Shown piece after piece: positions 46,083-59,445 of a stretch of DNA of 64,000 bases. The position numbers and the translations under genes are program-made. The notes beneath the pieces are model-generated. The model made no database searches. It saw nothing but the letters and a program-made list of their open reading frames with translations, and was not told the DNA's origin. This stretch comes from Ascoidea asiatica JCM 7603 (lineage: Eukaryota > Fungi > Ascomycota). Numbering within the stretch: the first letter of the stretch is position 1; each line of letters opens with the position of its first letter. The DNA is taken from contig BCKQ01000004.1 of NCBI GenBank assembly GCA_001600695.1, positions 1,222,255-1,286,254 on the forward strand, written 5' to 3'.

Positions 46083-49000
46083 ATGAATAACTTCAACAAC
46101 GACAAAGATATTATTAATAATAATAATAACATCAATAATAATAATAGTCTCTATAATAATAATGGTAACTCTAACAGTAATAATCTAAATAATACAAATA
46201 CAAATCTAAATCAAAACTCCAATTTTAATATAAATTCAAATAACATCACCGAAATCAATAATATAAATAATGATAGAAATAACTCAATAAGTAATATTGG
46301 AAATAATGGTCTTCCAAATTATAGTAATCTAGAGAGTTTGAATAATCTAAATAATCTAAATAACCTAAATAACCTAAATAGTTTAAATAACTTAAGTAAC
46401 TTAAATAACTTAAATAACTTGAATTCTAATACTTTTAATCATAATAATAATCTAATTAATAATGTAATAAGTCCTTTTGATGATTACAATCCTTTCACAA
46501 TAATTCCAGTCTCAAATCAAAATAATAATAATTCAAATAACTCAAATATAAATATTCATCAACCTATTCAATCTAATATTAGAAATTTGAATCATATAGA
46601 TCATTCAATTCATCCTCATTTTTTACAACCAAATTTTCAATCTCCTTTACAATCTTCTCTGAATCCAATAAATCAGTCAAATATTGAAACTAATGAAACT
46701 AACCAATCTATTTATACTTCTATTCCAGATAATAATAATAATATTCTAAATGAATCATCTAAAAAAACTTCAAAGAAACAAATTTCAAAATTAAAATCAA
46801 AATCAAAATCAATTACAACAAAAAAATCAAGTCCAGTTTCTAAAAAAAAATCAATAAAAGTAAATAAACCACCCAAACCACCTAAACAGCCTAAACCTCC
46901 TAAAACACCTAAAGTTTTTAAACAGATTAAACAAATTAAAACAATCAAACCACTAAAGACAATTAAATCAACTAAAATAACTAAAATCTCAAAATTAGAT
47001 AAATCAAATAAATCAATCAAATCTACAAAATCAATTAAATTAAATAAACAAAATAAATCAAATAAACTTAATAATTCAGATAAATTCAATACAATTGTCA
47101 AACATTTGAAAAATCAAGCTAAAGAACATATCATGGATCCAGAAATTGATTCAATTCCTCGAAGTCCAATGAATATATCTGAGATTTTACCTTCTCCTAA
47201 TTCTTTGAATCAATCTAAAAATAAATCTGAAGATTCTACACAGATAAAAAATGATTATATTTCTACTACCAATGGTAATGGTAATGATAACTCAAACTCT
47301 AATTACAATTACAATTACAATAATAATGAAAATAATAATAAAAAAAATAAAATAAATTACTCTTCAAGAGTTTTTGCCTCATATCCACGAAAGAGAGCAT
47401 TAACAGCTTGTGAAACTTGTAGATTAAAAAAAATCAAATGTGATAATATAAGACCAGTTTGTGGTTCATGTGAAAAATTAAAGCAAAAATTTACTTCTGC
47501 TGTTTCCAAAGATATCAAAAACTCTGTTCAAATTAACTGTATATATAGAGATTCTCATCAATTAGATTCTTCAAATTTTAATCCAAACTCAAATTTAGAT
47601 CCAAATTCAATTTCAAATTCAAATGATGGTAATAATATAAATATTACTTCAGATTTTGATATTAATCAAAATTTTGATCCTGCAAGTAAAACAATTTTAA
47701 CGAAATTAAATGATCTAAGAAAATCAATTTTAACTTTCCAAAACTCAAATCAAAACAATTCTTCTTCTAATTCAAGTCCTATTATGGCTTCAAACAATAA
47801 TTCAAATACAAGAACAGATTCAGTTATAACTTCAATACCTAATACAATGACCGATATAGATAATCTGATAATAAGAGAGAAATTAAACAATATTTTACTG
47901 GGTTTAAATAACTTAAATTTGCAAAATATATATTTTTTAATTATAAATTTGAATAATAAAAATGTTAATAATTCTTTATTTACAGATTTGAATTTTAAAT
48001 CCTCCAATAATTCAATGAACAATACAAATAGTAACACTAATAATAATGTCAATAGTACTGAAAATGAAAGTCTAGAAGGTGAGAATTCTGAATCAGATGA
48101 ATCAGATGATGAATACAATGAATATAATGAAAATAATTGGACATCTGCTTTCTGGGATACTTCTGCAGAATCAATTCTTAAAAACTGGCCAATTTTCAAT
48201 AATTATTTTCATTCTTTACCCAATATCAATTTATTATTGAACAAATTGAATTTGAGGAAATTTAAATTCAAGTATTATAATAATAATATCAATAATTATT
48301 ATAACTATAATATTGAGCAAAATTATTATGAGTTCTTAACTGATGATAATTTCAATAATTCTGCAAATTTCAATACACTTGCAAATTTTGATGATTCAAT
48401 TTTATTAAATAATGATCAAAGATATAAAGTTATTAACGATATTATAAATAATTTGAAATTAAATAATTACTCTATTAAAATTTTCAAAGATGCTGGTAAA
48501 TTTCCAAGCAATGAAGTTAATGTTCAAAATTCTTTAACAGATATGAATAATGAAAATATGATAAATAATACAATCAATAATAAAATCAATAATAAAAATA
48601 ATAGTACCTTCAATAGTAATACAAATAGTACCAATAATATAGCAAATAACAATATAATGGCAAATTCAAGTTTATTTCAACCGATTCCTTCTCCTAATTC
48701 ACCAAATTCATTTTCTAATACTACTATGAAACAATTGAACTCAAATTGTAGTAGTTCAGGAAATTTAAATCAGACATTTATTTTACCACCAATTACAACA
48801 CCTTCACCCAATACGAATTTTTTAAATTCAATTTTTGCTGGAAATTTTAATTCACTTTCCAATTCAAATTTGAATTTAAATCAATATGTAAATATCCACA
48901 CAAAAAGTTCAACATCTTTATTTTCCTTATCTCAATTTGCATTAAATAATCAGTTTAACTTCAATCTTCTGTCGAATAATGTTAATAATACAAGTAATAT

Positions 49001-50621
49001 TCGAACAGTTTTAAAGAAAAGTTTCAAAAATAATGGAATAAATAATGGAATAAATAATGGAATAAGTCTGTTAGAAAAAACTAAACCAGTACGAAGTCCA
49101 ATATATGATCTTTTAAATAATGAAGAGAAACCTGCAAATATCAATTTAATAGTAGATGAATCTGAAATTGTACCATTAGCAAATTTAAAATTGTTAAATG
49201 ATGTAAATATTGAATTTTTAATGAAATTGGAACCAATAATTTTTAAATATTTAGTAATTTGGACTAAAAAATTTTTAAGTGATGTTTTCCCTAAAAATCC
49301 ATTTTTAAATGAATCTAAATTACTTAATACAAGTGTTTATTTACAACAAAAATATATAAATTTTTTATTAGAAAATGATATTGATGATGATTTATTAACA
49401 TTTTTTAATAATGATAATATTATAGATCCAGATTTAATTAATTATTCTATTTATTTTCATGGTAATAAAGGAGATCAAATTCCTAAAAATGTAAATTTAG
49501 AAAAATATCATATAATTTTACAAAAAAATAAATCATCATTTTTTTTAACAAATTGTAATTATAATTCTAAATTAACTCCATTACCAATATTATTAATATG
49601 TTGTTCATTAACATTATTAGCAATTGATTATGGAGCAAAAGGTCCAAGTAATTTTATAAATTATAATTGTAATTCACTTTTACAAAAAAATAATGGTATG
49701 AAATTTTCTTTAAGTTATAGAATTTATAAAATTGCAAAACAATTTCATTATATTTTACATAATAATTTTATTTCATCATCACAAGATAAAGAAAATAAAG
49801 GAAATAAAGAAATTTTTTTCACAAATAATAGTAATCATTATCAAGAATCATCATTATGGGATGTTCAATTTAATATTTTATCAGCAATGTATCAAATGTA
49901 TTTATTAAAACCATTATCAGCATGGAAATTTTTCAAAAGAGCAAGTAATTCAATAATAATTTGTTTAGAAATTGAGAAAAATTTAAGTGAATCAATAAAT
50001 TCACCAAATAAATCAAATTCATCAATTATAAAAACTGCAGAAGATAAAAGATTAATTGAAAGATTATATTGGACATGTCTTAAGAATGAATGTGAATTAA
50101 AAGTACAAATATCTCCAGTATTTCAAACATCATTTATTTTAAATTATAAACCACCAAAGAAATTTCCAACACCACCATTATTAATTAATGATGATAAAAA
50201 TTATTTTGAAATTAGTGAAGCAAGTTGGTATTCATATTTAGCAGATGTTTATTTTAGAAAAGTTGAAAATAAAATTTTAAATTATTTTTTTTTAAAAGAT
50301 AAATTAAAATATTGGATAAATTTTAATCATCCAGGAAATATTAATGAAAATATTAATGAAACTAATAATGATAATGATAATCAAGAATTATTAGTTAGTA
50401 AAATTCAAGATTTTTTAGATGAAGTTAATAATTTTCCAATGGATCCAAGATATGAAGATTTAATTAAAAGACATTCACTTGATGAATCAGTTGTTATTCC
50501 AGAACCAGTTACATTTATTTTTGCAAGAATTATGTCTATAAAATCAATTTTATATCAACCATTATTATATTATGTATCAAATTTAGATGATTTAATAATT
50601 TTTGAAGATTTTAAAAATGAA

Positions 50622-50664
<43 letters not shown>

Positions 50665-50999
50665 TTAAAAAATGTAATTTAAATCCAAATATTATTGAAT
50701 GGTTAAAAGATTTATCAAATGAATTATTTAAATTTTCAGATATAAATTTAATGACACATAGACATCATGGATCATGGTATAGAGTAAGAGAATTATTTTT
50801 ATCATGTATTGAATTATTAATAATTTTTAAAAAATTTCAAATATTTTTTTTCAGTAAAAATGAATTAATTGAACATTTAGATATAACATATAAAATATTT
50901 AGTTACTGGAAATTTGAATGTTTTGAAACAATTTTATATGAAAAGATTATAAAGAAAATATTTTGGGAAACAAATGAATCTTTTAAAGGTGTTTTATAG
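46083..50999 (+). CDS. Zn(II)2Cys6 transcription factor, Asn-expanded (1638 aa)
   Basis: YPRKRALTACETCRLKKIKCDNIRPVCGSC...C, a middle-homology-like ERLYWTCLKNECEL and C-terminal HRHHGSWY. Confidence 0.9.
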
Positions 51000-51700
51000 A
51001 AAAAAAAATATATTTAAATTTGAGCCATAAAAAAAATGATAATATTAGAATTTTTTCCGGGAGGTTTGGGTTTTTGTCCCGCATTTAGCTGCTGCATTTA
51101 GGTTAGATTTAATGGCCCCGTAAAATTGGTTTGGATTTTTAAATTTTACCCATTAAAAAAGAAATAAGCTTATAAATATGATATGAACTGAATTTATTAA
51201 AAGTAATAGAGTAATAAATTCAAATAAATATAATAAATATAAGAGAAGAAACATTTTTTGGTATACCGAAAATAGAAAAAAATTGAAAGAATATAACTGT
51301 AGTAGTTTTGTGGAGGGGAATAATTTATGGTATTTGTTTTCACTCATGAATACAGTCACAGGTACAGATATTATGATAATGAGTCCAGTTTCATTGATCT
51401 TTATTTTATTATTTATAGATAACTGAAACAATGATTCAATGATATAATGATATAATAGATATATTATATTAACTTGATATAGATTATTTTGCATTTTTGA
51501 AAGATAATAATTTGTAAAATACATATAAAAAGATGATTATTTCTTTTAAATAAATATAGTTGTTTTTTGATATTCATTTTATTTCAATTATTATCAATAA
51601 ATCTTTAAGTCTTTAAATCAGATCAATTATTTTCCAATTATTATTATTATTATTATTATTATTACTCAAATATCAAATAAATTTATAAATTCTATTCAAA

Positions 51701-52120
51701 ATGTCAAATAAAGATTTTTATGGAGGTGAATATGAAAATAATAACCAAAATAACAATAGTAGAATTAAATCTAAAATGGAATCCAATGAAGATGGAGAAA
51801 GAGGATTCATTGCAACTGTTGGTGGAGCAGCATCTGGAGGATTTGCTGGAAAAAAATTAGGAGGAAATCATGGACATGGAACATTAGGTGGAATTGTTGG
51901 AGCTATTAGTGGAGCTATTGCTGCAAATAAATTAGAAGATGCTTTTGGTGATTGGAAAGGTAAACGTAAAAATAAAGAAGAATCCAAGAATAACATGGAT
52001 AATAACATGGATAATAAAATGGATAATAAAATGGATAATAAAATGGATGCTCAAATGAATAATCAAATGAAAAATTCAGGAACTTGTGGATCAAAGAAGT
52101 CTTCAGGTTGTGGAATGTGA
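51701..52120 (+). CDS. Small glycine-zipper protein (YNL208W-like)
   Basis: DGERGFIATVGGAASGG...GTLGGIVGAISGAIAANKLED, followed by MDN(N/K) repeats. Confidence 0.7.
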   Translation: MSNKDFYGGEYENNNQNNNSRIKSKMESNEDGERGFIATVGGAASGGFAGKKLGGNHGHGTLGGIVGAISGAIAANKLEDAFGDWKGKRKNKEESKNNMDNNMDNKMDNKMDNKMDAQMNNQMKNSGTCGSKKSSGCGM

Positions 52121-52745
52121 TTTATTTTACAAAGCTTTAGTATTCATATTCCAGCTACTTAGTTTCTTGTCTGGGTATTATATTGACTTAGTCTTAATTA
52201 GTTCTAGTCTTCATCATTAATTATACAAACATTCTTTCTCAAATATTTCATATTACTCTTGTAGCGATGTCTTCTAGATCCAAACCTGTTTCTTCTTCTT
52301 CTTCTTCTTCTTCTTCTTCTTGTGAATAGAACTGGATTGAGATTAAAGAGGCTTATCAGCTGCGATTACGTCAGCAAACGGGTAACCGCCTGCTCCAGTG
52401 GACGAGAAGTGCGAGCAATCGCAGCTGATTCCAATGAATAAATAAATAAATAAAGAAATAAAGAAATAAAGAAATAAAGAAATAAATCATTTAAATAATT
52501 ATTTAAACAATCAATTGAATAAATATCAATTAGCCAATTAACAAAATTAAAAAGGAAATCATCTTATTGAGGAACAACTTAGTGATTGACTGCAATATCA
52601 CTTGAGAAATCAAATTCAAAAATCCTAAAATTTCATTTGGTACAGTATTCTTTAAAATACATTAAATTTAATCTTTTCAATAAAAAGTTAAATTAATTCT
52701 TAATAACTATTAAACTATTGAACTATTAAATTATTCAATCATAAA

Positions 52746-53042
52746 ATGGAAGGAACAATTGATTATATAGGCCATAGTCTTGCTTCTGCATCTGCTTTAT
52801 CTTCATCATCTCAAAAATCATCTGTGATTTCAAAAGTACCTCCTCCATTACCTCCAAGATCTCCTTCTAATGATTTATCTGAAAATTTATCTCAATCAAC
52901 TCAACAAACAACAAGAGCTGCATTTCCAAATTCATCATCTTCAAATTTAAATAATATAATAAATAACTCAAATAATTTAAATAATTCAAGATCTAAATCT
53001 AGTTCAATCTCAAATTCAAATTCAAATTCAAATATAATATCC

Positions 53043-53089
<47 letters not shown>

Positions 53090-54002
53090 GAACCTTAATA
53101 ATATTGAAAAAAATTATAAATCTTCTCCATTATTAACTTCAACTCCTCCAATAATCTCAAAAGCTTTAATAAAATCATATCCTTATTTATTATTAGCTGA
53201 TAATATTTTATCAATATTAACTTGGACAAATGATAATAATTTTATAAATTTATCAATTTTAATATCTTTAATTACTTTCATTCTTTATTTTGAATCAATT
53301 TTAACTTATTTTGGTCATTTATTAACTATTTTTATCTTATTCTTATATTTTTATACAATTAATAATTTATATCAAAATATTTCTTTAACAAATTTAAATA
53401 ATTCAAAAAATTCCAATATTAATAATAATAGTAATAACATTTCTTCTACAACTTCAAATATATTAAATAATGATAATAATAGCAATAAAGATAATATCGA
53501 GAATAACATATCTATTAAATCAGATATAAAATTAAATAAAAATAAAAAAGAACCTCCTTCTTTAGATGATATTTTAAATTTATTATCAACAGTTACTTTA
53601 AAATCAGAATTATTATTAACTCCAATAACTTCTTTAAATTTATCAACTTCAGATTTAAAAAGATTATTATTCACAACTATTTTCTTATCCCCAATTTATA
53701 TAATTATATCTTATTTTTTAATAAAACCAAGATTTTTAATTTTATTTTTCTCAATTCATATTTTCTCTTATCATTCAATTTATTATAAAATTATTAGAAA
53801 AATTTTATGGAATTCAAAAACTTTTAAAATTATTTCTTTTTATTTAACTGGTTTAAATTTTAATAAAATTTCTCATGTTTCTTCTTCAACAAATTCAAGA
53901 TTAAATTCATTTTTAAATTCAATTTTTTCAAATAATCAAAATTTTTCAATTATTGATCCATTTTCAACAAATAATTTTTCAAATATAACCACTGCAGATA
54001 TA

Positions 54003-54039
<37 letters not shown>

Positions 54040-54629
54040 TTAATGAAAATCTAAATTCAATTAAATCTTTTAAACCAATAAGATTCACATATGTAATTTA
54101 TGAAAATCAACGTCGTTGGTTAGGTATTGGATGGACTTCAAATTTATTAAGTTATGAAAGATCAGCATGGACAGATGAATTTTTAAATGAATGTAATTGT
54201 CCAGAAGATTTTAAATTACCTGATACAACACCAGATATTAATTCAAATTTAATTTGGAGATGGGTTGATAAAAATTGGAAATTAGATTTAACAAATGATG
54301 GAGCTTTAAATTTATCAAAATCTCAAATTTCAAATAAATTTAAATCAAATAAAATTATTGATCCAAAACCTGATCAAGGTTATATATATTATGATAATAC
54401 ATGGAAAAAACCAAGTAGTGAAGATTCATATTCAAAATATACAAGAAGAAGAAGATGGATAAGAACTGCAGAATTAATACCATATATTAATTCAACAGAA
54501 GGTTTAATTCATAATTTAACAAATTTATCAAATTTAACTGATGTTAATCATTCAATTGCAGAACCTCAAGTTCAAACTATTCAAGTTAATGCTAATGCTT
54601 CAAATATAATCTCTGGAGATATTTCTTTG

Positions 54630-54684
<55 letters not shown>

Positions 54685-54989
54685 GAGCTGGAAATATTGA
54701 TGATAATAGTATTGGTTCTGGAATATTACCTAGATCTAGATCTAGATCATTTAGAAGAAAAAGTTTAAGATTTGAAGATGATGAAAAAATTACTGCTCTT
54801 GAAAAAGTTAAATCTATTGAAAGAATTGCTTCATTACAAGATCAAAATAATAATTTAAATTCTTCAATATCTAATAGAAAATCCATTTATAGTCCAGTTG
54901 AAATTGAAATTTTTGATGAACCAAGAGATGATATTGAAAAAAAATTATTATTAAAAGATAATAAAAATGAAATTAAAAAGGATATTTAA
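52746..54989 (+). CDS. PEX30: Pex23/Pex30-family peroxin (reticulon-like TMs plus DysF domain)
   Basis: LLTSTPPIISKAL, YENQRRWLGIGW, ERSAWTDE, WRWVDKNWKLD and KYTRRRRWIR. Confidence 0.85.
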
Positions 54990-55137
54990 AAATGGAGTAA
55001 AATGTGTTTATGTATGTATATATATATATATATATATATATTTTTTGTAATATTAAATTGATTTCTATTTTTGTTTTAATATAAATTTTATTTTTAATAA
55101 ATTATGACATTTTATATAAAAAATTAATGAATAAATA

Positions 55138-55566
55138 TTAAAAATATTTATGTTGAAGCATATTTAAGAATCTAATTTCAAAAGAATTTTTAAATTCTTC
55201 AAAACCTTGAGAATTTTTAAGATAATCAAATTCCATTATATGAAGTAAATTATTATTAAGACTATCAAAACCAACACCAATAACTTTTTTAGTTGAATTT
55301 AATTCATCTCTAGAGACTAAAATCATTGAATTTTTAAAAAATTTTTTTGTAATTGTTAAAATATGATTCATGAATACTATCACTGTTCCACAAGGTACAT
55401 TATCATAAGGTAAATCTATCCAATAAACAAAAGTATAATAATTTACACTTTCATAAATTTGATTATTATTATTTTTAGAAATTATATTATCATTTTTTAT
55501 ATCAAAAATAGTATGATTAAAAGATGATAAAGTTGAATCAAATGGTGTAAATTGAGAATAAAACAT
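55138..55566 (-). CDS. Hypothetical 142-aa protein, weak resemblance to the ODC antizyme C-terminal domain
   Basis: AAAAATG context and globular composition. ILVSRDELNSTKKVIGVGF...HIMEFD recalls the antizyme core, judged by eye only. Confidence 0.5.
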   Translation of the reverse strand: MFYSQFTPFDSTLSSFNHTIFDIKNDNIISKNNNNQIYESVNYYTFVYWIDLPYDNVPCGTVIVFMNHILTITKKFFKNSMILVSRDELNSTKKVIGVGFDSLNNNLLHIMEFDYLKNSQGFEEFKNSFEIRFLNMLQHKYF

Positions 55567-56516
55567 TTTTAAAAATTATTAATTTAATAATTGTGATGTT
55601 AATGAAGAATTATTTATTTAAATTGAAGAAGTTTATTAGATTTTATATTATTTGAAACTTATTTGAAATTTGTAATGTTAGAAATTTGAAAAGAGAAGAA
55701 TTTATAAATCAAGTCATTTTTTTTTTTTTTTTTCAATTATATTATAATATTTTAATAAAATGTTTATATTGAATAAATAATTTAATAAATAAATAAAAAT
55801 CAACAGTTATTAATTGAATCAATTTAATTTATTAATATATAAGAGTCAAGATATAAACTGGAGATAATAGATGATAAATGAGATTTATAATACATCTGAT
55901 ATAAGCTGAGAATGAAATGAAAATAAAATAAATTAAATTTAAACTTTTCCAAAGTTTTTAAAAGTTTTTAAAAGTTTTTAAAATATCTGGTTAGCATTCG
56001 AGCACATGACAAAGCATTGTGGTACATTGTGGTACATTATAGTACATGAACGTTATTTTATTTTAAATTTGATACAAAACAGAAACTAAAATGAAATTAA
56101 AATGAAATGAAATGAAATGAAATGAAATGAAAGACAGTTCCAAATGATGAAACAATAAAAAATAAAAAAGAATGTTAGAAGTTTGACTCGTTATTAGAAC
56201 AAAGTGAATTATTTATATTTAGGTTAGATAAAATGAATAGATCCGAGATAGAATTAGTTTAAAATGATGAAATTTGACATATTTAAAAGTATATAGTATA
56301 ATATATTTTCATTATTTTTTTCAAGTTTTATAATCATATTCTTATCTTAAAATATATTAGAATATATCGTAGATATCTCCATTGTTTGTAACTTCAAGTA
56401 CAACTTCAACTTCTCTGATACTTGTCACTTGTTATCGTACTTGATTCACTCTGTGTTAATTCACTTTGTGTTATGAGTGAGTGTGATCGCAGTTGTTGTT
56501 TATCTGTTTGGTCACT

Positions 56517-56565
56517 AGTCAGTTGTCAGTAGTCAGTAGTCAGTAGTCAGTAGTCAGTAGTCAGT
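56517..56565. repeat. Heptanucleotide microsatellite (TAGTCAG)n
   Basis: About 6-7 tandem units, one imperfect, upstream of PER1. Confidence 0.85.
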
Positions 56566-56881
56566 TGTTATCTGTTTGTGTTTTTGTGTTTTTTTATTGC
56601 CGTTCGAGTGCTGCCAACCCCGGAACTGAGGCACACCCGGAACCGAGGTCTCAACAATATTCTCTGGACCCTTTTAATTTATCAGGCACGTGTCTTTCTG
56701 CTCTTCATTCTTTTGGCAGTGAAGTGAGTGAAGGTTCGTCTGAATGGTTATTATCTTACTTGGTTATTATGTTTTTATCACTGCTTATACCAAATAAGAG
56801 AAACAGAATGAACTCATTCGGATATATTCCAGATGTATTTAATCCAAATACTTCTACTTCTACTTCTACTTTTACCTTTCA

Positions 56882-57982
56882 ATGAATTACTATTATCACT
56901 TAGGAATACTTCTTATATTATTTGGTTTATTAACAAAAGTTAATTCATCTCCTGGTGATAGATTACAAGCTTTTAAAGATTGTGTACAAGCTTGTGAAGA
57001 TTTAACTTGTAAAAAAATTCCAATAAATGATTCAAATAATAAATTTTCAAATTTAAATTATTTTCAAAAACTTCCATTACCATTTTATTTAAAATTATTA
57101 TTATGGAATTGTTCATCAAATTGTGATTTTCAATGTCAAAGAATTATAAGTTTTATAAAAATTTATAAAAATGAAAAACAATATCAATTTCATGGTAAAT
57201 GGTATTTTAAAAGAATTTTTGCTTGTCAAGAATTTGCAAGTACTTTTTTCTCAATTTTAAATTTTTTTAGTCACTATTTTGGTTATAAATTATTAAAATT
57301 TTATAAAATTACAACTTTATCTTCTAATAATAACAATAATAATAATAATAATAACAATGAATTAATAACTTTAATTAATTCATATTTATTAATTTCAATA
57401 GTTTCAATGTTTGCTTGGTTTTTTAGTACTGTTTTTCATATTAGAGATTTAAAAATTACTGAAAGTCTTGATTATTATTTTGCAGGTGCTGCCATAATTA
57501 CAATGTTTTATTCAATAACAATTAGAACTTTTAAATTATATTTAAATAAAAATAATAAAATTTTAAAAATTTTTAAAAAAATTTGTATATTTATATATTC
57601 TTCTCATATTTTAAAATTATTTTTAAATTGGGATTATAATTATAATATGAAATTTAATATAATTTTTGGAATTTTACAATATTTTCAATGGATTTTTATT
57701 TCTTTAAATAATTTTAAAAATTATTGTAATTTAAATCAAAATGGTAAATGGTATTTTATTAATAAAAAAAATATTTATAATTTATTACCTATATTTTTAA
57801 TATCTTGTATAATTTTTGGTATGTCTTTTGAATTATTTGATTTTTCTCCAATTTATAATATTTTTGATGCTCATTCAATTTGGCATGCTTCAACAATTTT
57901 TCCTGCTTATTTTTGGTATAAATGGATGATATTTGATTGTAATTATTTAAAATTAAATAAATCAAAAGATTATATAATATAA
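56882..57982 (+). CDS. PER1: GPI lipid-remodelling protein Per1 (PGAP3)
   Basis: Signal peptide, SSPGD, WNCSSNCDFQC, QFHGKW, QEFAS, STVFHIRD, ELFDF and DAHSIWHAST. Confidence 0.96.
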   Translation: MNYYYHLGILLILFGLLTKVNSSPGDRLQAFKDCVQACEDLTCKKIPINDSNNKFSNLNYFQKLPLPFYLKLLLWNCSSNCDFQCQRIISFIKIYKNEKQYQFHGKWYFKRIFACQEFASTFFSILNFFSHYFGYKLLKFYKITTLSSNNNNNNNNNNNELITLINSYLLISIVSMFAWFFSTVFHIRDLKITESLDYYFAGAAIITMFYSITIRTFKLYLNKNNKILKIFKKICIFIYSSHILKLFLNWDYNYNMKFNIIFGILQYFQWIFISLNNFKNYCNLNQNGKWYFINKKNIYNLLPIFLISCIIFGMSFELFDFSPIYNIFDAHSIWHASTIFPAYFWYKWMIFDCNYLKLNKSKDYII

Positions 57983-58010
57983 TATAATATAATATAAACA
58001 ATTAACAGCT

Positions 58011-58394
58011 TTAATGAATAATAACTAATTTTTTCTTAATTTCATATTCTTTTATTAAAAATTCACCAGCTTTTTCTCTATGATCACCTTGTAATTGAAT
58101 AATATGACCTAATTTTTCATGTTTTATTACACATCCATTACAACCTAAAGTTCTTTTTAAACCTTGTAAAACTAATTTTAATCCATATGTTTTTGAAAAT
58201 CCATTAATTATAGTAACTGTTCTTATTCTTGGTTCTTTAAGTAATTTAACTCTAATATGTGTATAATATTTTGGATGAATAATTTCCTCAGGTTCAGCTA
58301 TTATTTGTTAGTAAATTAATCTCATATCTTTATAGCTTATATATTATAAGTTAGTATACATACCAAAATCTGCTTCAGTTAAAATACAAGTCAT
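58011..58394 (-). CDS. Divergent eIF1/SUI1-family protein, 105 aa; exons 58394-58364 and 58297-58011 (absent from the ORF track)
   Basis: 66-nt intron GTATGT...TACTAAC...TAG (58363-58298). Spliced product: MTCILTEADFAEPEEIIHPKYYTHIRVKLLKEPRIRTVTIINGFSKTYGLKLVLQGLKRTLGCNGCVIKHEKLGHIIQLQGDHREKAGEFLIKEYEIKKKLVIIH. It has the SUI1 hallmarks HIR, CNG and IIQLQGDxR. Confidence 0.9.
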
Positions 58395-59445
58395 TTTATA
58401 TTTAGTATATTATTAATTTTATAATTAAGTATATTGAAATTGAATAAGATATTTAAATAATAAATAAAACATAATAAACAATAATCATATCTAAGATCAA
58501 GAACTTGTCTTATTTATATCAATTTCAAAGCATTGTCATTGGAATCAATTATTAATTATAAAGGATATTAATATAAATTTGAAATAAAATAGAAGGATAC
58601 ATCTATTACATTAAAATAAAATAAAATAAAATAAAATAAAATAAAATAGAAATAGAAGCAAAGATATAACAAAATAGAATAAAACATTGCTCTGTTGAGT
58701 GTAATCATAATCTCTCAATGCTCTTTACACTATTTACCAATATCCGATAGCCAACAAAAGAAGTCAAGTCGGAAGTGGCAGTTCAAAAGAAGTAACTGAC
58801 CGGATTTGAAACTGTAATTGGCTTAAGTCTCGCTACTTACATAATCGCACGTGGTTTCCATTTAGAAACTTGAATAAAAGATAAAAATTGTAATTAATAT
58901 AATATAATATAATATAATATAATATAATATAATACTATTATATATTACTATTAAATATAGAAGATATAAGAAGGAATACCGTGAGTGTGGCTTTGAGACC
59001 ATGCCTGCGGGTCTTCTTTTCTAACTTGCTGTTGCTTTTCATCCTCGGCTCAGCACAGCAATCAAACAGACAAAAATAGCCTCTGATTGCTATTGTTATT
59101 TTATATTTTATATTTCTTATATACTTCATTATATACTTCATTATATACTTCATTATATTTTATATTCATTATTAGTTGATATACTCAATTTCAATCAACT
59201 TTATTCAACTTTATTCAATTTATTCAATTTATTCAATTTATTCAATTTATTCAATTTATTTACTATTTAAGATCTCCAAGAAGTCCATAATTTCTCAGAT
59301 TGAAAAAAAAAAAAACTAATGGAGATTATATTTCATCATTTATTTAAATCTTTTAATATCTTTATACTATTTATAAATTATTATTATTATAATATTTATT
59401 ATTATAATCTTTATTATTAGTAAAATTAATAACATAATTCAAAAA

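Noticed and set aside
52080-52120. C-terminal Cys as a CaaX prenylation signal
   Set aside because: The protein ends GCGM, so the Cys is third from the end rather than fourth.
56565-56885. 106-aa ORF overlapping the PER1 start (ATGA)
   Set aside because: It has a non-ATG start and covers a promoter GC island. A short uORF cannot be excluded but is unsupported.
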